Assembly: GCA_016196885.1 (NCBI GenBank)
Contig: JACPWU010000020.1
Span: forward strand, 60,001 to 92,000
Source: Chlamydiota bacterium
Lineage (GTDB): Bacteria > Auribacterota > JACPWU01
Direction: 5' to 3'
DNA: 32,000 nt
Shown here: in pieces, positions 25,873 to 32,000 of the stretch
How positions within the stretch are numbered: position 1 is the stretch's first letter
Layout of the letters: every line of letters begins with the position of its first letter
Notes under the pieces: generated by a model
Seen by the model: only the letters and a program-made list of their open reading frames with translations
What the model was told of the DNA's origin: nothing
Database searches by the model: none
Translations under genes and position numbers: made by a program

Positions 25873-26709
25873 ATGTCCAGCGTCAGCTTGATTATTCCTA
25901 CTTACAACCGAGCCTCATTCTTGAAAGAGGCCTTGGATTCTGTTTTCGATCAAGAGAGAAGGCCCGATGAAATCATCGTCATTGACGATGGCTCTACGGA
26001 TGAAACTCAAAGGATTGTGAATTCATTCAAAGACATTCACTATTTTTATCAGCCCAACCAAGGGGTCAGTTCTGCAAGAAATCAAGGAATCAAAATGGCT
26101 CAAGCAGAATGGATCACATTTTTAGACTCTGATGATTTGTGGCTCCCCGATAAGCTTAAAGTCCAATTAGAAATCACTCAAGCCTATCCCTATTTTCAAA
26201 TCTTTTACACGGACGAAATTTGGATCCGCAAAGGTAAACGCGTGAATCAAGGCAAGCGCCACTCCAAATATGGCGGCTGGATTTTTGAGCAGTGTCTTCC
26301 CTTGTGCATCATCAGCCCCTCTTCTATGATGATTCACAAAAATATTTTCAAGACCATCGGCTTCTTTGATGAATCGCTCCCGGCCTGCGAAGACTATGAT
26401 TTGTGGCTGAGAACCGCTCTTCGTCATCCCATTTACTTCTTTCCAAAACCTTTAATCGTCAAAAGGGGTGGACACGAAGATCAACTTTCCAAAAAATTCT
26501 TTGGCCTGGATCGCTTTCGCGTTCAAGCCCTTCAGAAAATTCTGCAGGATCCCCTTCTATCCCCCACCCAAAAAGAATTGGTTCTCGAAGAAATTGAAAA
26601 AAAGAGCATGATTTACGCACAAGGATGCTTAAAAAGAAATCGCATGGAAGAATATGAACATTATCGAAAAGCCCATTTCAGAATTGATTCAACTTTCATC
26701 CCCTTTTGA
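25873..26709 (+). CDS. Family 2 glycosyltransferase
   Basis: Motifs are SLIIPTYNRASFLKEALDSV, IIVIDDGSTDET, QGVSSARNQG and FLDSDDLW (DxD). Confidence 0.85.
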   Translation: MSSVSLIIPTYNRASFLKEALDSVFDQERRPDEIIVIDDGSTDETQRIVNSFKDIHYFYQPNQGVSSARNQGIKMAQAEWITFLDSDDLWLPDKLKVQLEITQAYPYFQIFYTDEIWIRKGKRVNQGKRHSKYGGWIFEQCLPLCIISPSSMMIHKNIFKTIGFFDESLPACEDYDLWLRTALRHPIYFFPKPLIVKRGGHEDQLSKKFFGLDRFRVQALQKILQDPLLSPTQKELVLEEIEKKSMIYAQGCLKRNRMEEYEHYRKAHFRIDSTFIPF

Positions 26710-27643
26710 TTTCTCTTACGGCCCCCTACCCAAAGGGATGAAAAACTCCATTGGAAAAATGGGCGTTATCAACATGCCTCAAATTTATGAAGGGGAAGAA
26801 ACCATTCTCATCACTGGGAAAAGAAGACTCAAAATGGTTTATGAATTGAATCCTCATCAAAGACTTCACATTAAAATTTTCAAAAAAAACGAGCTCAGCG
26901 AGGAAAAGGCTTTTCAAATTCATCTCTTCGACAATTTATCAACACGGTCTCTCAACCCAATGGAAAAATCAAATGTCTTGAAAATTCTGAAAAGTCATTT
27001 TAATTTAAATCCTGAAACCCTGCAAAAGGAATACCTCCCATACTTGGAACTCCCCCTCAAAGAAGAAATTCTTGCAGACTATCTGAAATTACAAAATCTG
27101 TCTTCCAAAGCCAAAGAGGGGGTCGCCGCTCAAATCCTACAAGTGGACACCGCGGTCAAGATCTTAAAATTTCCTTCTAAAGATCAAGAAATACTCCTGA
27201 CCCTGATAGAAACGCTTCATCTGGGCATCCATCCTCAAAAAAATCTAATCACTTATGCGTGGGAAATTTCTCAAAAGAAGAAACTCTTTATTTCAGAATG
27301 GATAAAAAGAGAAGTCATTCAAGACATCTTAAAAAAGGAGGAGTGGTCAAGCGCCCAAAAATGGGCCAAGCTTGAAAGCGAACTCCGGCGCGAACGCTAC
27401 CCCCTCCTAAAGAGTTTAGAAAGTCATTTTGCTGAAATAAAAAAAGACCTTCATTTGCCTCCCGCCCTCACACTTCAACATCCTCCCTACTTTGAAACAA
27501 ATGACTATCTCCTTCAATGGCGCTTTAAAAACGAGGCGCAATATCGCTCGGGTCTTCAGCTTCTAAACAAGATAGAATCTACAAAATCTTTTCACGGACT
27601 TTTTGAATTAACGGAAGAAAATGGTCAAACGATACTTTCCTAA
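26654..27643 (+). CDS. ParB/Srx-fold N-terminal domain protein (orphan ParB-like)
   Basis: The sequence ISELIQLS...SIGKMGVINMPQIY...ILITGKRRLKMV...HLFDNLSTRSLNPMEKSNVLKIL follows the ParB N-terminal pattern (GxRR box; ENxxRxxLxPxE box). A helical region resembling the ParB DNA-binding part follows. The start overlaps the GT2 gene by 56 nt in the context GGAAGAATATG. Confidence 0.55.
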   Translation: MNIIEKPISELIQLSSPFDFSYGPLPKGMKNSIGKMGVINMPQIYEGEETILITGKRRLKMVYELNPHQRLHIKIFKKNELSEEKAFQIHLFDNLSTRSLNPMEKSNVLKILKSHFNLNPETLQKEYLPYLELPLKEEILADYLKLQNLSSKAKEGVAAQILQVDTAVKILKFPSKDQEILLTLIETLHLGIHPQKNLITYAWEISQKKKLFISEWIKREVIQDILKKEEWSSAQKWAKLESELRRERYPLLKSLESHFAEIKKDLHLPPALTLQHPPYFETNDYLLQWRFKNEAQYRSGLQLLNKIESTKSFHGLFELTEENGQTILS

Positions 27644-28709
27644 AAAACTTTTCATTGAAGATGCGGTCAGAGAAGAACCGTTGACCCAAACTGTCTTAAA
27701 AAATTTATCCTATCTTTCCCCTGAATATTTCTCTGGAGGCGTTGAGGATCATTTTTCAAAACTTTCCCTCAAAGATGGGAAAGAGGTGCTTGTTCTCGCG
27801 CAAAAAAGAGGGCGTTTTCTAAAGGCCTGTCCCGGCTCAAAAGATTCTCTTTGCTGTGGGTATTTTATCTTGGAATCTCAAAGCAATTGTAATTATGACT
27901 GCACTTATTGTGTGCTGCAAAGTTACTTGACGAGCCCCCCCTTGATTGTTTACCCCAATGTTCAGGATATGTTTAACGAATTAACAGGTATCTTTGAAAC
28001 AAGTCCTAAAATTTCATTTCGCATTGGAACGGGAGAGCTGAGCGACAGCCTATCGCTGGATCACATCACAGAATACACTAAAATTCTGACCCCCTTTTTT
28101 GCAAAGCAGAAAAGGGCCTGTATTGAACTTAAAACAAAATCTACAGAGATTCACAATCTAAAAAATCTCGATCATCAAAAACACACCATTGTCTCGTGGT
28201 CTTTAAACACCGTTCGCATGGCACAAAAAGAAGAACTCAAAGCCGCAAGCATTGACGAGAGAATGGAGGCGGCACGCCTTTGCCAAGACTGGGGATATCC
28301 CATCAGTTTCCATCTCGAACCCCTGCTCTATTATCCCGAATGGCAAGAAGATTATCGAGAATTGATTGCTAAAATTTTTCAGGTGATTCGTCCTGAAAAC
28401 ATTGTTTGGATCAGTCTCGGCGGCCTTCGACTCATGGAAGGGCTTAAAGACTTTGCCGAGGAAAGATTTCCCAAAAGCTCTTTTCTTTATGAAGAGCTGA
28501 TTCCAGGGAGCGACAAAAAATTGCGCTATCTCAAAATCATCCGCCTTGAAATGTATCGGGTGATTTCTCATTGGATTCGAGAATGGGGCGGGAAAGTCCC
28601 CATGTATCTCTGCATGGAGGCGAGCGATCTTTGGAGAAAAGGCCTTGGATACGATTTTGAGAATGCTGAAAAGACGGACGAGTATTTAGGGAAAAGAGTT
28701 TTTAGATAA
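27621..28709 (+). CDS. Spore-photoproduct-lyase-family radical SAM protein (SplB/COG1533-like)
   Basis: The motif ACPGSKDSLCCGYFILESQSNCNYDCTYCVLQSY contains the CxxxCxxC cluster at C90/C94/C97 (nt 27888-27911). N-terminal (FPKKLFIEDAVREEPL) and central (AASIDERMEAARLCQDWGYPISFHLEPL) blocks align by eye with B. subtilis SplB as I remember it. The start overlaps the upstream gene by 23 nt in the context GGAAGAAAATG. Confidence 0.7.
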   Translation: MVKRYFPKKLFIEDAVREEPLTQTVLKNLSYLSPEYFSGGVEDHFSKLSLKDGKEVLVLAQKRGRFLKACPGSKDSLCCGYFILESQSNCNYDCTYCVLQSYLTSPPLIVYPNVQDMFNELTGIFETSPKISFRIGTGELSDSLSLDHITEYTKILTPFFAKQKRACIELKTKSTEIHNLKNLDHQKHTIVSWSLNTVRMAQKEELKAASIDERMEAARLCQDWGYPISFHLEPLLYYPEWQEDYRELIAKIFQVIRPENIVWISLGGLRLMEGLKDFAEERFPKSSFLYEELIPGSDKKLRYLKIIRLEMYRVISHWIREWGGKVPMYLCMEASDLWRKGLGYDFENAEKTDEYLGKRVFR

Positions 28710-28726
28710 TGAGCGATCATCATTTT

Positions 28727-29617
28727 TCAAAGATTTTTGATCGTCATCTGAGCCGCCTTCAAGGTATTTTTTAAGAGCATGGCAACCGTCATAAGTCCAA
28801 TCCCTCCGGGGACCGGTGTAATGGCCGCGGCCTTTTTTGAAACCCCATCGAAATCTACATCCCCGACCAGGCGATATCCTTTTTCTGAAAGTGGATCTGA
28901 AACGCGATTGATCCCCACATCCACCACCACCACTCCCTCTCTCACAGCTTCGGCCTGGATGAATTGAGGTTTTCCTATGGCAGCCACAATGATTTCGGCC
29001 ATTTTAAGATGCGCCTTTAAATTCTTTGTCCCCGAATGACATAAAGTCACCGTGGCATTGGTCCCAAAATCTTTTTGAGCAAAAAGGGCGGCCACCGGTT
29101 TTCCCACAATGTTTGAACGGCCCACCACAACCACGTGGCGACCTTCCATCGGAATTTGATACCGTTTCAGAATTTCAATCACCCCCAAAGGCGTGCACGG
29201 AACAAATTGAGGAATTCCCAAAAGCAGCCTGCCCATGTTAAAAGGGTGAAAGCCATCCACATCTTTTTCAGGGAGGATGGTCTCGTAGATGAGAGATTCC
29301 TGAATGTGAGGCGGCAGGGGATGTTGGACCAAGATGCCGTGAATATCGGGGCGCTGATTTAATTTTTGGATGCAGTCTAAAAGTTCAGTCTCTTGAGTTT
29401 GAAAAGGAAGACGTATCTCTTCCGATAAAAAACCCACCTCTTGGCAGGCCTTGGCCTTACTGCGCACATACACCTTTGAAGCTGGATCCTCCCCCACCAA
29501 AAGAACGGCCAAGCCCGGCTGAAGATTCCTAGAGCGCTTCAGTTCTTCAGTCTGGCGAGCGACCTCTTCCCGAACCCTCTGGGAAATTATTTTGCCATCG
29601 AGCAGTGTAAAACTCAT
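28727..29617 (-). CDS. folD: Bifunctional methylenetetrahydrofolate dehydrogenase/cyclohydrolase
   Basis: Motifs are LLDGKIISQRVREE, PGLAVLLVGEDPASKVYVRSK, GILVQHPLP, VVVVGRSNIVGKPVA and ITPVPGGIGLMTVAML. GGGAGAG lies upstream of the ATG. Confidence 0.92.
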   Translation of the reverse strand: MSFTLLDGKIISQRVREEVARQTEELKRSRNLQPGLAVLLVGEDPASKVYVRSKAKACQEVGFLSEEIRLPFQTQETELLDCIQKLNQRPDIHGILVQHPLPPHIQESLIYETILPEKDVDGFHPFNMGRLLLGIPQFVPCTPLGVIEILKRYQIPMEGRHVVVVGRSNIVGKPVAALFAQKDFGTNATVTLCHSGTKNLKAHLKMAEIIVAAIGKPQFIQAEAVREGVVVVDVGINRVSDPLSEKGYRLVGDVDFDGVSKKAAAITPVPGGIGLMTVAMLLKNTLKAAQMTIKNL

Positions 29618-29679
29618 CTATCTCTCCCAAAAGCTGAAGTGTACCATATTTTGGAAGGGTTCAAAATAGGAAGTGAAAC

Positions 29680-29980
29680 CCCAAGGACAGAGATAGAAAA
29701 TGAGAACTCAAGAGCGACAGCTTGGCCCAGATGGACTTGAAGAAAACGTAGGCACACTCGCGACCGAGTTCGGGTACCCGCTTGCGGGTGAACGAGGAAG
29801 TGGTTGGAGCCCGTCAGGCGGAAACCATAGGGTACGTCGTTTCCTAAGGAAAAGAAACATCTACTAGCGCAGTCGGCCCTTTTTCTGCCTCAGGCAGCGG
29901 GCCTCCTTTACTGGCGTTTCTGAAAGTCCAGATGGGCCAAGATGTTGCGTCGAATTCCATTTTCTATCTCTGTCCTTGGG
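29680..29980. mobile_element. MITE-like non-autonomous element with 23-bp perfect terminal inverted repeats and a 5-bp GAAAC target-site duplication
   Basis: cccaaggacagagatagaaaatg (29680-29702) is the exact reverse complement of 29958-29980. GAAAC is directly repeated at 29675-29679 and 29981-29985. Subterminal arms 29721-29748 and 29915-29941 are also complementary (stems of 9, 7 and 5 bp). The interior is G+C-richer than the flanks. Confidence 0.65.
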
Positions 29981-29985
29981 GAAAC

Positions 29986-30936
29986 CTAATCCACCGACAC
30001 ACGATCAATTTTAGTGAGTTCGATCACAGGGATGCGGCGATAGACTTGCGAAACTTGAACACCTGACACCTTCACCGCTTGATGAAGATAACGTTCCATT
30101 TGAAAAGAATTTGCCTCAATCATGCAAACCAGATGCTGGTCTTGAATCAATTTATACCGCTTGGATCTTTGACTTAGCCCACCTGTCATTTCGAGATAGC
30201 CCTCAAAGCTTTTTTCTGAACCGTCCCCAGCCCCACCCGCTTGGAGAACAGGTTCAGCCTTTACAGCAGATTCGCTAGACAAGGCCTCAATCGGCTGCGC
30301 AACCACAGGAACACTCGCAAGAGCGACCTCTTCCTCAGGAATCTTGGGTTTAAATTCCTCTTTTTCCAATTCCTCTGCCTCATGAAGAAGCATCTCTTTT
30401 CTGGCCTCTTTCAATTTAAGCGGGTCCGTGTCGCCCAAGGTCTTCGTCCCTTCTCCATCAGGCAAGGCATAAGTCACTAAATCTTTGCGAATCCAACCGC
30501 GGGCATTTGGAGGAGGTTTAATTTTAAGCCATTCCCCTTCTTCACCCACCTTTTGAATTGCATCCCCTCTCATCAGTTGACAAATCACGAAACTATCTAC
30601 GTTCGGCCGAAGACGGACATTCAGAGTGCTGGTTGTCACTTGATCATGCTCAACATATTTTCCGTTCACCCAAAAAAAGACATCCTCAGGGCAAGCGATT
30701 TCATACCACCCGTAGACTTCTTTATAAACTAAAACGGAGGTATCCCGGCTCAACTTCACTAAAATTTCATAATCTAAATTCCCCCCGGCTCGAACATTCA
30801 CATGGTCCTCGCTCACCTTGCCTAGGAAAGGAAAGGTGACTTCAGGATTTTGGAGAGATGTTTCCTCACAGAAAATCGCAGGAGAAAAATTTCCACATAA
30901 AAGAAAAATGAGCAGGGTTCCTAAAGACAGCTTCAT
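29986..30936 (-). CDS. Secreted protein with two bacterial SH3 (SH3b) domains
   Basis: The start is trimmed to ATG 30936 (MKLSLGTLLIFLLCGNFSPAIFC, a signal peptide), because the track start 30999 would overlap the small basic protein CDS. The SH3b-like blocks are VNVRAGGNLDYEILVKLSRDTSVLVYKEVYGWYEI and LNVRLRPNVDSFVICQLMRGDAIQKVGEEGEWLKI. Confidence 0.7.
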   Translation of the reverse strand: MKLSLGTLLIFLLCGNFSPAIFCEETSLQNPEVTFPFLGKVSEDHVNVRAGGNLDYEILVKLSRDTSVLVYKEVYGWYEIACPEDVFFWVNGKYVEHDQVTTSTLNVRLRPNVDSFVICQLMRGDAIQKVGEEGEWLKIKPPPNARGWIRKDLVTYALPDGEGTKTLGDTDPLKLKEARKEMLLHEAEELEKEEFKPKIPEEEVALASVPVVAQPIEALSSESAVKAEPVLQAGGAGDGSEKSFEGYLEMTGGLSQRSKRYKLIQDQHLVCMIEANSFQMERYLHQAVKVSGVQVSQVYRRIPVIELTKIDRVSVD

Positions 30937-30950
30937 AACGCTCTCATTAT

Positions 30951-31100
30951 TTAAGGCTTGGTTTTGGGAAGACCCGTGCCGCGATCTCCATCCTTCCACT
31001 TCTTTCTCTTCTTCAATAATTCAATGCGCTCATAGCGTTTCAAAACATTTCTTTTGGAAGCAATTTTACCGCTCACTTTTAAACTAGAATGTTGTGACAT
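30951..31100 (-). CDS. 49-aa small basic protein (resembles the conserved small-basic-protein family, TIGR04137-like from memory)
   Basis: Below the ORF-track length cutoff. The minus strand reads GGAGGAAAGGG-ATG, and the product is MSQHSSLKVSGKIASKRNVLKRYERIELLKKRKKWKDGDRGTGLPKTKP*. All 50 triplets were checked and the only stop is the terminal one. The SD is strong and the protein is very basic. Confidence 0.6.
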   Translation of the reverse strand: MSQHSSLKVSGKIASKRNVLKRYERIELLKKRKKWKDGDRGTGLPKTKP

Positions 31101-31126
31101 CCCTTTCCTCCTTTTTCCGAAAATAT

Positions 31127-32000
31127 TTATTTTTTGTCTATCTTTAGTAAAATTTGTTCGACCTCCCTTTTTAAGGAATCTGTTTTAGCATACTTCAAGA
31201 ATTTTGTAAAATAAGCCTTTGCCTTTTCAGGATCTCTATTTTTATAGACCTTCCCTAATTTAAAATAAGCCAGAAAAAATTTAGGATCCAACTTCAAAGC
31301 CTCTTCATAATGGCGAATAGCCTCGTCTGTCATTTCCTTCAAGAGATAGGCATCCCCCAAATTATCCTCCACGAATGGATTCTTAGGATCTAAATCTTTG
31401 GCTTTGTTCAAATTAATAATAGCAAAATTAGGCTCTCTTTTCTGAACATAAGCGTTTCCCAAATTGTTCAGGACATAAGCCAATTTAGGCTCAATCTCTA
31501 AGGCCTGGTTATACTCGCGAATGGCATCGTCAAAGCGCTCCAATTGGGTATAGGCATTCCCTAAATTGTTATACCCATAAGCCGAATCTGAATCCAGCTC
31601 TGAGGCCTTTTTAAAATTTTCTGCGGCCTTTTCGAAATTACCCTGACCATAATAGGCGTTTCCTAAATTGGCATAGGCCGGTCCAAATTTTTCGTCGCAA
31701 TGAATCGCCTGTAAATATTCATAAATGGCTGCGTCCAATTTTCCCTTTCCCTCATAAAGCACTCCCAGATTGTTATGGACCACCGCCACATTCGGGTCCA
31801 CCTGGACGGCCCCTTCATAAGCCTTGATCGCCTCTGTCTTCATGTTCAACTGCTCATAAACACGGCCCAAATTATAATGGGCCCAGACCTGTCCAGGATA
31901 AACATTAATAGCCTTCTTATATTCCTTAACCGCCTGAAGATATTTTTCCTTTTCATAAAAGGTGTTGCCTCGCTCGACAATTCGACTCGCCTTTTCATAA
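31127..32000 (-). CDS. TPR-repeat protein; the N-terminus lies beyond the right window edge
   Basis: Regular 34-aa TPR units (A...Y..AL..DP....A..NLG.AY). The track start at 31870 is an internal TTG. The frame stays open for 43 more codons (YEKASRIVERGNTFYEKEKYLQAVKEYKKAINVYPGQVWAHYN) up to position 31999. Confidence 0.8.
   Translation of the reverse strand, partial: YEKASRIVERGNTFYEKEKYLQAVKEYKKAINVYPGQVWAHYNLGRVYEQLNMKTEAIKAYEGAVQVDPNVAVVHNNLGVLYEGKGKLDAAIYEYLQAIHCDEKFGPAYANLGNAYYGQGNFEKAAENFKKASELDSDSAYGYNNLGNAYTQLERFDDAIREYNQALEIEPKLAYVLNNLGNAYVQKREPNFAIINLNKAKDLDPKNPFVEDNLGDAYLLKEMTDEAIRHYEEALKLDPKFFLAYFKLGKVYKNRDPEKAKAYFTKFLKYAKTDSLKREVEQILLKIDKK

Noticed and set aside
29700-29867. A 55-codon ORF (MRTQERQLGPDGLEENVGTLATEF...) lies inside the MITE-like element. 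A 38-codon ORF lies on the opposite strand.
   Set aside because: Neither has a convincing SD or a recognisable motif. The start codon lies inside the terminal inverted repeat. They are most likely chance ORFs in a GC-richer insert.
29680-29980. I considered whether this structured 301-nt region is RNase P RNA, tmRNA, large SRP RNA or 6S RNA. Prompts were gaaagtcca resembling the RNase P P4 strand, ggaattcgacg resembling a tmRNA 5' region, and gtcaggcggaaacc resembling SRP helix 8.
   Set aside because: The GAAAGUCC-like word sits at the 3' side in either orientation, and no ACAGAA...GGCUUA partner exists. There is no GGGG 5' end, no T-arm and no CCA-proximal acceptor for tmRNA. The SRP-like segment cannot form the GGAA tetraloop helix with the AGCA loop. 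A 23-24-bp perfect terminal duplex plus a direct GAAAC duplication fits a MITE better than any housekeeping RNA.
29680-29980. A retron msr-msd locus, given the flanking inverted repeats around a structured RNA.
   Set aside because: No reverse transcriptase gene lies nearby. The neighbours are folD and an SH3b protein, and the inverted repeats are much longer than typical retron a1/a2 repeats.
29618-29985. I considered a ZTP (pfl) or THF riboswitch upstream of folD. Minus-strand words that prompted this were ccgcctgacgggc, gactgcgc and agtagatg.
   Set aside because: Only short partial matches to the remembered consensus sequences (CCGCCUGGGC, GACUGGCG, GAGUAGAUG) are present. Spacing and helices do not fit, and the words lie inside the inverted-repeat element. 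A cmscan would be needed to revive the idea.
1-32000. CRISPR arrays, tRNA genes and rRNA genes.
   Set aside because: There are no regularly spaced direct repeats with unique spacers. I found no cloverleaf-compatible GTTCGAATC-type T-arm with a matching acceptor stem. No rRNA-like conserved blocks were found by eye.

Overview
AT-rich bacterial chromosomal window with no rRNA, tRNA or CRISPR array that I could find. All calls come from reading the sequence and recognising motifs; no database search was possible. Most of the window is co-directional minus-strand housekeeping genes: recN, purB, dnaE, guaA, a CBS-less IMPDH-family gene (guaB3-like), a TonB/ExbB/ExbD cluster with a short TonB-dependent-receptor-like barrel and an 815-aa TPR protein, a short uvrA-like gene, smc, folD, an SH3b protein, a 49-aa small basic protein missing from the ORF track, and a TPR gene that runs off the right edge. 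The accessory or unusual content is as follows. (1) An IS1380/IS4-like DDE transposase ORF lies open to the left edge and is also missing from the track. (2) A 301-bp MITE-like element with 23-bp perfect terminal inverted repeats and a 5-bp GAAAC direct duplication sits just upstream of folD. (3) The only multi-gene plus-strand unit is an overlapping GT2 glycosyltransferase / orphan ParB-like / spore-photoproduct-lyase-family radical SAM operon; this is my best candidate for an undescribed DNA-directed system. (4) A family of imperfect hairpins built from degenerate 7-nt units sits at nearly every cistron junction, and two copies are embedded in frame in a CDS. (5) Several GC-rich REP-like multi-hairpin elements, a perfect 26-bp palindrome and a GC-rich structured guaB3-guaA spacer are also present. 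Several ORF-track starts are over-extended through the repeats and are trimmed here.
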